Shown here one piece after another: positions 43,321 through 57,672 of a DNA stretch of 64,000 bases (position 1 is the stretch's first letter; each line of letters starts with the position of its first letter). The translations under genes were made by a program, and so were the position numbers. Below the pieces are notes generated by a model. That model did not search any database. It saw only the letters and a list, made by a program, of their open reading frames with translations, and was not told where the DNA came from. The DNA is from Eledone cirrhosa (Eukaryota). The DNA is taken from the NCBI GenBank assembly GCA_964016885.1, contig OZ024759.1, positions 18,538,001 through 18,602,000 on the forward strand. The letters run 5' to 3'.

Positions 43321-45095
43321 ATAACGAGAAGAACTAACTGGTTTCTTAATATCCAATTCTTGTCAAGAACGATCCATCATTTTAATCGTTTCACAAGATC
43401 CCAGAACTAATTCGCTTCCCGAATAAGGTGGAACTCGTCAAATTAGACTGAGGAAATAATGTTTCCATTGGTCCTTCCATTACTGATACTATCTACCGGT
43501 CACAACTCCAGTAAGGGACAACTCCTGAAATTCCAAGTATATATTTCATTCTTTCACAGGTTATATTTGACCTTGCATTTGTTTCTTCGTTTTGTGTATA
43601 ATGTTAGTAACAAAGATGGCGGATTTATCAAGCAGCCCTTTCAGTATTCTCATATATTATTAATGCAGAGTCATAATTTAATGTTATGAAATGAAGACGA
43701 AAAAGGTGTCGAGCCTAACTTCACAACGGCAAGTATCAGTGTTTGATTTCATTTACGATATTCCGATATTCATTCTTAAATCACTAACACAAAAATACCA
43801 CAAGAGGAATTAATACGGCAGTGATAAACCTCACCTGCCTGCCCGCCCAATGCCACACGTACATAATCAAATCAACTAAAACTACAAGCACAACAAACAA
43901 ACATATATGATAAAATTGCTGCCATTCCTAATGAAATTAAGGAATATTTTCTTGGACATAATTTTAAATTTCAGATTTTATCAAAATAAATGTAATTTAA
44001 GAGAAATTTATGAGCCGGTTTGATGCTGACAAAACTCTACGAAAACAAATCAAATAAAAATCAGAGAAAAACAATTCACAAAAGACCATATATCAAAATC
44101 AACACACACACACACGCACATTATATATATATATATATACACAGACATATATACATAATTATATTTTTTTTTTCACACCCACACACACATATATACGTAA
44201 TCATATATATATATATATATATGATTATATATGTGTTATATATGTGTTATATATATATGATTATATATGTGTGTATATACACACACACATATATATATAT
44301 ACATAATCATATATATATATTTACACACACACACATATATAGATGTATCTGTATATATATATATATTCACACACACACACATATACATAATCACATATAT
44401 ACATATATATATACATATTTACACACACGCATATATATAGATATATCTGTACACACACATATATATATATATATATAGGCCAATTATTTTTCGTGTTGGA
44501 AATAATTGAATATTGTTTTTGTCATTATTTCAGATTTTGATTTTCACTTGTCATTACCGAAGTGAAATAAACCAAAAATTATAAATAATATAATTAACAA
44601 ACCAACCAAATAGTAAACAAACAAACAAAAAGTCTTTAAAAACAAGATGAAAAATAGAGAATATATCATGAATAAATTGATGTGAATTGTGCTGTGAAAT
44701 CACTGAAATTGTGAAGACACTCTTAAGGTTTCTTTAAGTTTCAGGCTTTCGAATATGTTTTTAAATCCTCTCAGCTACCACCACACTTCACATACATTAA
44801 AAGCAAATGGTCATGCTGACATTCTCCAAAACGGTTGTTCTATGAGGAGAAAGCCATGGTTCGTGGAACAGAAGGTTTCACAAATAACTGGCACGGCTAT
44901 GTCGTTAAGTCGTTAAGGGCTTCGCTTCACAAACACATAGTTGTCTCATCCGAGTTCTGTGTTAAGGGTTCAGTATTCAGTTATGCTGTGCAGGACCTTG
45001 GACAAGTGTCTATAATTATTGCCCCGAGTTGACCAATGTATGTCTAGTGAGTGAAATTTTGACAAACAGAAATTGCAGAAGCTCGTCATATAAGT

Positions 45096-45540
45096 TTATC
45101 CCGGGTTCAATCGAGGGTAACCACAGTAAGTAAGATACTCAATACAAAGCAGAGTATAAATATTTAATATAGAAAAGCTTCTACAGGATTAGAACTGTTT
45201 CATTCGTGAGAAATCATCAGGAAGCTGACTGTCCAAGTAATATGGTGGTATTTATATATTTTCTGGTGGTAGGAGAGGGTGGTGATTGGGATGGATGGAG
45301 GTCATTGGTTAATGGGTTTAAAGAAAAGGGAATTCTTTAAAAGCTATTAAAAGCTATTTAAAAGCTAAGAATTCCCTTTTCGTTAAACCCATCAACCAAT
45401 GGCCTCCATCCCAATCACCACCCTCTCCTACCACCAGAAAAGATATAAATACCACCATATTACTTGGACAGTTAGCTTACAGATGATTTCTCACGAATGA
45501 AACAGTTCTAGTCCCGTAGAAGCTTTTCTATATTAAACAT
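45096..45540. mobile_element. Long fold-back, family F1 (arms about 45161-45337 and 45367-45540)
   Basis: ~175-bp inverted arms with a TTAAAAGCTA x3 filler; the left arm extends into the F1 tail. Confidence 0.75.
45176..45226 (-). ncRNA. Type I hammerhead ribozyme motif (F1)
   Basis: Minus strand AGCTTC-CTGATGA-tTTC tcac GAAt-GAAA-CAG ttctaatc CTG-TA-GAAGCT: 6-bp stem I, GUA triplet; stem II closed by non-canonical U.U. Confidence 0.65.
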
Positions 45541-45643
45541 ATTGATTTTTTTTAGTTTCAGAAGATCCCGTTAAGGGTGAAAGCAGCGTTTCTTTGCTTA
45601 AACTTTAATCTGTTATTTTAATAAATAAATATATATATATATA

Positions 45644-45848
45644 TAGGAAAAATTTAACCCCGACGGCAGAGCTCAGGCCGTTTCAACGGCTATTTCTGAA
45701 CTGACGGAGTACAGAAATAGCTGTCGAAACGACTTGAGCTCTGCCGTCGGGGTTAAACATTTTCTTATTACCCACTCTACTACCCTAAGTATTGAGTACT
45801 CTGGTGCGTTATGGTCTATCTGGTTCCTTACCCCACTTCCTTCGTTAT
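45644..45848. mobile_element. Fold-back, family F3 (hairpin 45644-45767 plus tail)
   Basis: ~55-bp arms; the right arm has GACGG..CTGTC-GAAA-CG.C..GCCG-TC; the tail ACCCACTCT..CCCTAAGTATTGAGTACTCT is shared with 59326-59358. Confidence 0.65.
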
Positions 45849-46798
45849 ATATATATATATTAATATATGGTATTCGTAATACACTAAAATCTTCCAGTTT
45901 CATAGATTGACAGCTTTGTTAGTGAATGATTAATACCATGTATTAAAACATCTATAAATAAACTCAATGTTTACATGTCGAGAATTCATTCTTTCGTAAT
46001 AGGAAATAACAGTCGCGTGTGTGTGTAGTATCCGTGTGTGTGTGTGCATGTGCGTGCATGTGCGTGTGTGTGTGTGCATGTGTCCGTCTTTCTCTATGTT
46101 TATATTTGTGTCTGTGTTTATGTTGCCTAACGCACCGGTTTGATAAAAAAGAAATCGATTAAATAAGTACCAGACTTAAAATAAATCATTACTGGAGTCG
46201 ATACGATTGACTAATCAATATGGCCACAGTCTAATGACTGAAATCAGTAAAAGACGAAAAGATCAAACCATCTTTCGAAACTTTGGTCTGAATCCTAGTT
46301 TAGCTCATTTCACTTATTACAATAGTATATCTGGAGGATATGATATCGGCCTGATTATCTCAACTACAATGATTGCTAATCTTTGAAAACAAACATGACT
46401 AATGTTCTATTCAGTATGAAATCGCACCAGCAAGACGTTCCTAAAATGTATAAAACAGTGGTATGATTGCACCACGTTAAAATTTCCAGTTTTAATTTAG
46501 TTTACTACAATCGTTTACAGCGATTTGTCAAGCACTTCAAACATTTCTTTAGGCATTCTCTGCTAACTCATTACAGAATATTCAGAATTAAAATCAACGA
46601 ACCCCACAGGAATAGAAGCATACTCAGTACACCAAGAAATATTCCAGCTTGCAAATATAATCAGAGATAAGGTGAGGTGAGAATGTATTCTTTATTTGCT
46701 TTAGTTTTGATTTCTATGGAGCACTGGGTGACTTACATCCTTTCTGTAGCAATTTCTATTACTGGTAGAAAGATTGCTATGTATGTATGTATTGCTGG

Positions 46799-46863
<65 letters not shown>

Positions 46864-46869
46864 ATGTAT

Positions 46870-48238
46870 GTTCTTCTGGTTTTATAATTTCACAAATTTT
46901 TACCAATAGAGAGAGAGTCGGTTTCTAACATAGACACAAGACTCTCTCATTGGAATTTACACAACATCAACTAGGTAGCTTATGTATGCGTGCCTGCATG
47001 CATGCATGTGTATATGCTTTGTATCTGTACATGTGTATATGCAGTTATTAGATGCAATATGTCTGGAATGTTTTACATATGGATTGTAATTTCCTAACTA
47101 GTTGTGTTCTTTCTGTTCCTGTGAAGCCTAGCTTCTCAAGATTTGTATTGAGACAGTTACTAACATACCCCAGTCCCCCAATAATCACAAGCATAAATCT
47201 GAAGGTGTAATCAGGGTGGAGTATTTGCAGATTTCTCATCAGTTATGCATAAATATTCTCCTTTTCGCTAATCTTTGATAATATATTGGCATCTGCTGGG
47301 CAGCTAATTTCCACTACTGTGCATGCTTTCTTTTCCCTGTCCCATCATCATAATATCTGGTCTGTTATGCCTGCATTTTATTGGGGTTTTTACTGGAACA
47401 TTCCACCAGTACTCTTTCATATTAAGTATATGGATGTCTTCCACATTACTGTAGCTTTTAATGTGTTTATTATCGGGGCTATCTTTTCTACGGATTGCAT
47501 CGTACAGTGTTTTGGCCACTACATCATGCCTCATAGGTAGATAGTACCGCGATGATATCTTTGGACAGCTGCTGATGATATGGGTGACATCTTCGAGATT
47601 CGTAGACCTTGTCGGAGAGATATGATGCGACACTTAAATGCTGTCTGGACTGATGTTAGGCCTCTGCCTCCCTGCTTACGTTTCAAGTAAAGGCGGTCTA
47701 TGTCACTGTTGATGTGGAAGTTTCCGGTGCTTAGTATTTTTCGAGTTCTAACATCAATCGCCCAGATTTCGTCTATCGTCCAATTGAGTATTTCAAACGT
47801 TGGTGTTAAGACAGGCACAGCAAACACATTGTGAGTCACTGTTTTGTTTTGCGCAGAGAGTTCCGATGACCAAATCTTTCTTAATCGGGTGTAGTATTCC
47901 ATGGTTACGCGTTCCTTATTAGAGATACGATTATAGGATATGTCCTCATCTATCCCCAGGTATCTGTAGCAGTCCTCATCAGATTCGGTGAAACAGTTAG
48001 GCCATTGATGACAATGTTGCTAGATTGGGTTGTTGTTTTTCGCCGCTCTACAGTCATATATGAGCATTTATCTTGGCCAAACTCCATTCATATATCCTTT
48101 GAGAACGTTGTAACCAGGTCAAGATTTTTCTTCATCCCATCCATGTTCTTGGCATAGAGTTTCAGATCATTCACAAAGAAATTATGGGTTAGGTTCGTAT
48201 TTATGTCCTCCTGTGAGCCAATGATGTATCCTTCACAT
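46870..48238 (-). mobile_element. R4/Dong-clade (RLE) non-LTR retrotransposon relic: RT C-terminal half plus restriction-like endonuclease and 3' UTR
   Basis: THNFFVNDLKLYA (YxDD box, D>N), FGQDKC, YRYLGI, SDIDRLYLKRKQGGRGL, THIISSC, RHD, NRPDI, EISCP, KENIY, IIGGLG; stops, frameshifts and an internal deletion. Confidence 0.9.
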
Positions 48239-48297
48239 TTATATATATATATGTATGTATTAGTTCAGGAATAAACAAGACCAACAGAGAGATACAA

Positions 48298-48336
48298 ATA
48301 CACCATATTTCAACGCTTATGCGCCTCTTCTGCTAT
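48298..48336 (-). ncRNA. Degenerate hammerhead-like motif (F11)
   Basis: Minus strand CAGAAGA-GGCGC ataa GCGTT-GAAA-TATGGT; good stem II, mutated core and cleavage site. Confidence 0.3.
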
Positions 48337-48454
48337 CCGGGCCTGGATATCTACCTGGCCGGCTTTTTGGTACTCTACCCAGTCACCCTTTGGATCACAC
48401 ACGGATTGCCCACGATCTTCGAAATACTGGACTTTATACACACACACACATATA

Positions 48455-48665
48455 TATTAAAATAACATCGCTGCTTTTACCCTTAACGGGATCTTCTGAA
48501 ACTTGAGTTTCAGAAGATCCCGTTAAGGGTGAAAGCAGCGATTCTTCGCTTAAACTTTAATCTGTTAATTTAATAAATATTTGCTCTAGGGTTCTTATAT
48601 ATTTGATATATATTATCCTTATCGAGCCCTCTTCGGATTTTAGTCTTCACGTTTACTATTATTGC
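48455..48665. mobile_element. Fold-back, family F4 (hairpin 48467-48542 plus tail)
   Basis: 36-bp arms around TTGA; the right arm reads CAGAAGA-tCCC gttaa GGGt-GAAA; tail matches 25140-25232 and 63385-63437. Confidence 0.65.
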
Positions 48666-48738
48666 TATATATATATATATATACACACACACACATATAC
48701 ATACATATACATCATACACATATGTATACATCACACAC

Positions 48739-48781
<43 letters not shown>

Positions 48782-49918
48782 ACCAATTTAATGTATATTT
48801 ATTATTTTCCTCTTTTAAAATCTATCATTTATTTTCTCACATTTTTTTCTTGAAATTCGTTTAACATTCCTATTATATATATAAAAACAATAGACAAGAG
48901 AATGCAAATAAGTTAAAATTTATGTGACTGTTATTATTATTATTATTATTGCTGATTTCCTAAAATAAACTTATCTTAAAGTAGAGAAAAGTAAGTGTTA
49001 TTTATATGCCTTTTTGCTGTGAAAGAATTTTCAGAAAGACTATTTAAATGCCGAAAAATTGTTGCAGAGAGATGGCTGTTTGGCGTCCATCCATTTTGAT
49101 TACAAAATAATATCTGGCTACATTTAAATAAAAGGTTGCAAATATCTAGAATTTCCCCGATGCATTCCAGCGATAAATTGCTTCTGCTAAACTGAAAATA
49201 AACAAACAAAATTCAAAACAAAATTTCCCTCCACAAAAAAAAAAAAAATATGAAGAATGAACTAATATTGAAAGGGTCTTGCGGCAGACATTTCAGATTA
49301 TATTAAACGTTTTTATTGTTACTTTTCAAATAGTTTAATACAATTTGTCAAATTGAATTTTTTTCTCTCTCTTACCCTCAATTTAAATACGTCACTCACA
49401 CACCACCACACATACACACGCAGATATATATTCTAACAAACACACCAGAGTTAAAATAAAACACAAATCGTGGATATTTTTATAATAACAATGCTGTTGT
49501 TGTTTCGTTTTTTTTTTTATCTTCAGGCAATGTAAAGACGCTTGACAAAGCAGAAAAGAAAAATGACGTTTTTTGCTGACATTCCATTTTTCCATTTTTA
49601 TTTTTATCATTTGTTTTACTCCTACAATTTCTTTTCAGAATTGTGAAAGCAATTATTGGCTTTAATGTTCAAGGCTTAGTTTTCAAGCCAAAGCAAACAG
49701 GAACAGATTTAACTATCACATTAGATCGATAATGATCCGTTGCTTCTTAACGACAACAAAATATTTGCAAACTTCTGCATTGTTTGTTTTCCACATAAAT
49801 CACAAAACCGAGCTTGAGTTCGCCTCTTACTCGTAGAAGACACAAAATATTTAATGTAGTTCATTTACTTTGAAGTTCATAAATTCCTTTTTTGCTTGTT
49901 TTATTATTTGGATGAAGC

Positions 49919-50133
49919 AGTGCGGTGGATTGGCAGTATCGGTAGAGGGCTGGACGCCATGCATTGTAGTATAGAGTTACGGCTCTTTATGATCTGAGTT
50001 CAAATCCCGCCGAGGTTAACATTGCCTTTCATCCTTACGGAGTCGATAAAATAAAGTACCAGTCAAGCACTGGGGTCGATTTATCGACTTCTCCCTCCCC
50101 CAAAATTTCTGGCCTTGCGCCTATATTAGAAAC
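49919..50133 (+). mobile_element. Full-length tRNA SINE with 17-bp TSD, next to an older SINE (50150-50440)
   Basis: TATTATTTGGATGAAGC at 49902-49918 and 50134-50150. Confidence 0.85.
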
Positions 50134-51505
50134 TATTATTTGGATGAAGCGTTTGAACAGATGATAGAATGATTTGTTGTATTCGTTCTGGTTCTCGGTA
50201 CTTTAGGTTCACATCTAACCGAGGTCAACTTTGTCTTTTGTCCTTCAGAGCTCAATAAAATAGTGCCAGTCTAGTACAGTAGAGGGGTTGATTCTTCCTC
50301 TATATCTCTTTCTTATTTCCCCTATATCACTCACTCTTCTCTTGAAGAAATAGACTGTGTTCAGAGATAGGGAATGGATGAGCTCCGGCAGGTTTAAAAT
50401 GCCCATGTCACAATTGCAACCTTACGAGTTACGGGTCCTTACATATATACATTTTAAGACCAACTTGGTAAAATATTTTTCACGGAAGAAAGATCACATA
50501 TTAGCTGACGAGAAATAAGAAATAAGAAAGGGTGTTGCATTTGTATATATATATATATATCAATTAAATGTGGAAATCCCTACTTTGTAAATAATTGTTT
50601 TGATGTTATGCAGAAAACATCCCTTTAGCGTTTTCTGCTGTATTTTTTTTTCCTTTTTACTATTTGTGTTTATATATATATATATGTATGTATGTATATA
50701 TATATATATAATTGTTGTGTGTGTGCATTGTGTTAAATATATATGCAATAACTAAATACACCGCAGAAAGTATGCTCAATTCTAAATATAGTTCTACATA
50801 CGAAACCAAACTCAAATCCATTGTGTTAACACGATTACGACATCAATCTAACCACGTTGTAGTAATAAAAATACTACACCAGCCTAAAACAAGCAAACAC
50901 AACTAATCAGCCTGTACAAACATCATCGATACATCTACCAAATACAACTACCCACATTCTATTAGCACCATCAGTACAGTCACCATTGCTATTATTCCTA
51001 TAAACAACTAAAATACATGGAATAATGTGTGAGCGGAAACAAAGAGCGAATAATATTTATTGCGAAACGATTTCATGATTAAATTGATCCTGGTTGTTAT
51101 AAACAAACACACAAGCCGAGATTTATATGTTGATATATAACAATCTTCACACTTGTTGGTATGTATGCATGTATATATATATATGTATATATTTATATAT
51201 ATATATCCATGTACACATTTATACACATATATATATTCTTATATACACACAAACGCATATATATATATATATATAAAATGTATATTCATATAAATATATA
51301 TATATAAATGTATATATACATATATATTCATATACATGTATATATATATAAATATATATATTGATATATACACATATATTCATATACATGTATATATATC
51401 TATAAATATATATATTGATATATACACATATATTCATATATATATATATATATAAATAAATATATATATTGATATTTCCACATATATATATATATTGTTA
51501 TATAT

Positions 51506-51567
<62 letters not shown>

Positions 51568-52151
51568 GTATATATATAAGTGTGTGTGCGTATGCGTACA
51601 ATGTTGAGCTCCAATTTATATATATCCTAAAGGTATTGGCACCTGTGTGATAATTAAACAAAAATGAAAAGAAAACAGGCAAAAGAAAATTTAAATAAAT
51701 ATATTTAAGAGGAAGAGAGAAAGATAAACAAAGAAAGAAAGATATATATAAGATATAGAAGAAAGAAAGATATATAGAAACGAAATCACCTATAATACAG
51801 ACGACTTGAATGAAAAACAAAATATATATCAAATACATTTAGACAGATCCGAACATCTAATTAAATAAATAAAATTCACATCAAATATAAAGGTGTACTG
51901 TTAAAGTAAACAAGGAAACCAGAGAGAGAAAAAAAAATCTATTCGGTCAAAAGCTAACTAATAATGGCTTAGCTTCAACATTAATTCGGCCTTTACTTGT
52001 TCGTTTTATTATCTCTGATAATACTTTTTCTGCTGTTAGGAATGTATGACTTACCCACACACACACACATATATGTATATATATATATATATACAAACAT
52101 GTATACATCTAAATACACATATATATATATTCATATATACATGTGTCAATG

Positions 52152-52183
<32 letters not shown>

Positions 52184-52188
52184 CATAC

Positions 52189-52221
<33 letters not shown>

Positions 52222-52283
52222 CACAAACATGTATACATCTAAATACACATATATATATATATTCACATATATATATATATATT

Positions 52284-52327
<44 letters not shown>

Positions 52328-52516
52328 CATATATATCAATGTATATATACATATATATGTATATATATATACATGCATACATGTATATGCAAACATGTAT
52401 ATATCTAAATACACATATATATTCATATATACATATATATCGATGTATATATACATTGATATATATCAATATATATATATATCAATGTATATAAATATAT
52501 ATATATATATATATCA

Positions 52517-52610
<94 letters not shown>

Positions 52611-52737
52611 ATGTATATATATATATATATATATCAATGCATATATATATATATATATATATATATAGATACACCTATATCTATGTATATATATCTATAT
52701 ATATACATACATATATATATATACATACGTATGTATA

Positions 52738-52775
<38 letters not shown>

Positions 52776-53017
52776 AACGTGTATACTATTGATTTTGATT
52801 ATATATAATTTTCACGTCTATCGAAACCAACTAAAATACTGTTTTTAGAGTATGGATATAGGCTTTCAAGTTACGTTCGTATCAGGTTTCACACCGGTTG
52901 GTTGGAATGGAACCCGGTCATAATAGGGCTATTACCTGCATGTATATATATATATAAGTATATATTAGAAAGTGAGGTTTTCTTTACAGAAAGTGAGGTG
53001 TCCTACACGAGTGAAAG

Positions 53018-53293
53018 TATAAGGAAAAAAGATGAGATAGAAAATGTAACTGGAGTCTTTTTAAAACAAATATTTATTTATTTGGTTCCTTTACCGGTTT
53101 CGCAGTTCTTGTGATTTTCAAAAGTAGAGTTGAGATGAATTTGTGGTGTTTCTCGTATGCGAGAAACACCACAAACCCTACATCTCAACTCTACTTTTGA
53201 AAATCACAAGAACTGCGAAACCGGTAAAGGAACCAAATAAATAAATATTTGTTTTAAAAAGACTCCAGTTGCATTTTCTATTTCATCTTTTTT

Positions 53294-53300
<7 letters not shown>
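53018..53300. mobile_element. Near-perfect ~280-bp palindrome, family F5
   Basis: ~138-bp arms centred near 53157; contains TTGAAAA..GAAACCGGTA then AATAAATAAATATTT. Confidence 0.7.
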
Positions 53301-53384
<84 letters not shown>

Positions 53385-53394
53385 GCCTGTATAA

Positions 53395-53439
<45 letters not shown>

Positions 53440-53488
53440 ATATATATACATGCATATAGACATATTATATATATATATATGCATATAG

Positions 53489-53551
<63 letters not shown>

Positions 53552-53729
53552 CATACATATAGACATATTGTATATATATATATATATATATACATTCATA
53601 TAGACATATTATATATATATATACATTCATATAGACATATTATATATATATACATTCATATAGACATATTATATAAAAATATATATACATTTATATAGAC
53701 ATATTATATATATATACATTTATATAGAC

Positions 53730-53774
<45 letters not shown>

Positions 53775-53828
53775 TTATATAGACATATATATATAGATAG
53801 ATATATATATACATTCATTTATATAGAC

Positions 53829-53870
<42 letters not shown>

Positions 53871-54113
53871 TTTATATAGACATATATATATACATTTATA
53901 TATACATATTATATATATATATATATACATTTATATAGACATATTATATATATATATACATTTATATAGACATATATATATATATATATACATTTATATA
54001 GACATATTATATATCTATATACATTTATATAGACATATATATATATATAGACATATATATATATAGACATATTATATATATATATATATATTTATATACA
54101 TACATATAGACAT

Positions 54114-54154
<41 letters not shown>

Positions 54155-54209
54155 TTATATAGACATATTATATATATATATATATATATACTTTTATATA
54201 GACATATTA

Positions 54210-54241
<32 letters not shown>

Positions 54242-54377
54242 GACATATTATATATATATATATAGACATATTATATATATATATATATATAGACATATTA
54301 TATATATATATATATAGACATATTATATATATATATAGAGAGACATATTATATATATATATATATATATATACATAT

Positions 54378-54409
<32 letters not shown>

Positions 54410-54438
54410 TATATATATATATATATGCATGCATATAG

Positions 54439-54484
<46 letters not shown>

Positions 54485-54510
54485 TCCTTATAGACATATT
54501 ATATATATAA
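53300..54510. repeat. (TA)n array with TAGACATATTA interruptions
   Basis: Direct reading. Confidence 0.9.
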
Positions 54511-55008
54511 GAGACTGAGAGAGAGAGGGGGGAACTGGCAGACAGAGACAGATATGCAGAGCGGAATTTAGTCACATATAGACATACACACCGTACGTAT
54601 GTAGGAGTAGATGATTTGTTATGAGATTCCTTCGAGAATAATCATTCGAGAATTCAAACCCGAATAATCAGATAATGGAATACTAGATATAAGACGAAAT
54701 TTAGGAAATTGAGACGTAATGCAAAAGTTTAGACCTCATCTGGAGTTCATTTACAACAGAATCGAACACATATATGCGAGCATTCGTACGTACATTCACA
54801 AATACTCATATACAAACATATATATATATATATATATATACTTATACTTATACATCCATTCATATTTATACATGCATTTATATATATATATATATATGCA
54901 TGCTCTGCTATTTAGCTATACATACGTATATATACCTACCATGCATGTACACATACTTACATATTTACAAGCATATATATATGCCCGCATAACTACTTAC
55001 ATTTTTAC

Positions 55009-55044
<36 letters not shown>

Positions 55045-55299
55045 CACTAAACATCAAAATATTTGTGTAAAATTCAATCCGACTATGAAATAAAACGCAT
55101 ACACTATGTAAAAACAATTTGCAATCACAATTTGAAGAGAACATTCCCAGATTCTCGTATCGTATTTTAAAGAGCATATTGTTTGGTCGAGAGTTAAAAA
55201 AAACAAGGAAGTCAGCCTCAGAAACGAGTCAATCACATAATAAAAATTATAGATATTATGGCGAGAAACAATATATAGACATGTATGTATGTGTAGGGC

Positions 55300-55592
55300 C
55301 TAGACCGTCGGATAGAATGTTAGCTGTCTGTTCTCTGAGTTCAAATCCTGCTGTGTTCAACTTTGCCTTTCATCAGTTTAATGTCGATAAATAAGTACCA
55401 GTATAGATTTGGGGTCGATTCTTCCTCTATATCTCTTTCCTATTTCCATTTCTTCACTCTGTATCCTTTTCATTAAGAAATCTGCTGTATTTAGACCTGT
55501 AGAAAAGATGGGCTCCACCTGGTTTAAAAATACCCTAGAAACACCATTTGTCAATATGGTGCCCCTACGACCGTCCCCATGAGTTACGTGCC
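55300..55592 (+). mobile_element. tRNA SINE (long-tail variant; also 18090-18355, 50150-50440, 58165-58485)
   Basis: Shared core plus CTCTATATCTCT..AGAAAT..GTTTAAAA..GCCCCTACG tail. Confidence 0.6.
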
Positions 55593-55734
55593 CATACATA
55601 CAGGTATGTGTGGGGATCGGGTGTCATCACTTCCGACAAACAGTGTTCCACATATTTCGAACAACGGAAGAGCCTGCATATGAAATTGACGAGCCTATGA
55701 CTGAGTATTCTACAGAACGACCTGAAATTAAAAT

Positions 55735-56360
<626 letters not shown>

Positions 56361-57200
56361 AAACACGCAGAAATATTTCTTATTATTGTTCACGAAAGGA
56401 TGAAAGCAAACTTGACTTGATGTAGGTGGGATCTGAACCTAGAGTGCAGTGAAGTGCAGAAAGCCGTAGAAAAATACCGCAAGGCATTTTATTCTACATT
56501 CTAATGACTTTGCCAATCCGTCACCTATTATTGTTAATCACGAGCTCGCTTGAAATCTTCGATCGATTGTATTAAGTCTGAAATTGTTTCTCATAGAATC
56601 AAAAACGTCTTGCCACTGGCAAGATCAAATATATTTTACAAAACAGAAACAATAACAGATTGATTTGTAATACGATTCAAAGAAAATCCTAAATAAACGA
56701 AGAGCAAAATTTGTAAAAAAAAAAAAAATGAATGATAATAATAATAATGATGATAAATAAATAAACAAAAAATACAACAAAAATTAAATAATAAAATTAA
56801 ATAAAGACATCATATATTATCAATGATTTTTATTTAACGTGTGCGACTATCACCTTTTACGTGACTGCCGTTTAACTTCTTTAGAAAATGTTCCAAATCC
56901 AACTTATAGATTAAGGAAGTGTAAAAACTAAAGCAGACGAACACCGAACGTAGATACAGTAGAATTACTTTATGTAGAAAAAAAATGAACAAAACAACGC
57001 CAAGAATAACAAAATTATTGAATTACTACTAAATATAAAAGGAAGCAAAAAAGACTTAAATGAAATAACATGGCGTATGATAAAATAGAGTAAAATAAAA
57101 TAAAATTACTGACGATGAAAAGAATAGTATTCACCGTTCTGAGTAAATGTGTACTGAAACAAATAACAGAGGAAGTAAACACACTATAGCTATATATGTA

Positions 57201-57248
<48 letters not shown>

Positions 57249-57291
57249 CTAAATATATATACTATTTATATATACTAAACTTTATAACGTA

Positions 57292-57330
<39 letters not shown>

Positions 57331-57640
57331 ATACATATATATGTATATATATATATGTGCATTTATATATGTATGTATGTATGTACACACAAACATAGAG
57401 ATATGATTGCACACCCCACACATATATACATATATATATATATATATAAATATATATGTATATATATATATATATATATATACGCACACACATACTATAT
57501 TGCTCTTTTACCGATTCTAGCCGGCGCTTGGACTTTTAGCTCATCAATACACACAGACTCACAAACACACACATATATGTATATACATACACACACATAT
57601 ATATATAGACCCATACACACATGTTATACACACACACATA

Positions 57641-57672
<32 letters not shown>

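Noticed and set aside
49250-49860. Repeat-free stretch that could be cis-regulatory
   Set aside because: Short factor-binding motifs are expected by chance in AT-rich DNA; needs conservation or chromatin data.
52840-52900. GTTTTTAGAG and GTTTCAC motifs resembling CRISPR repeat ends (also 28233)
   Set aside because: No repeat-spacer periodicity, no cas genes, eukaryotic context.
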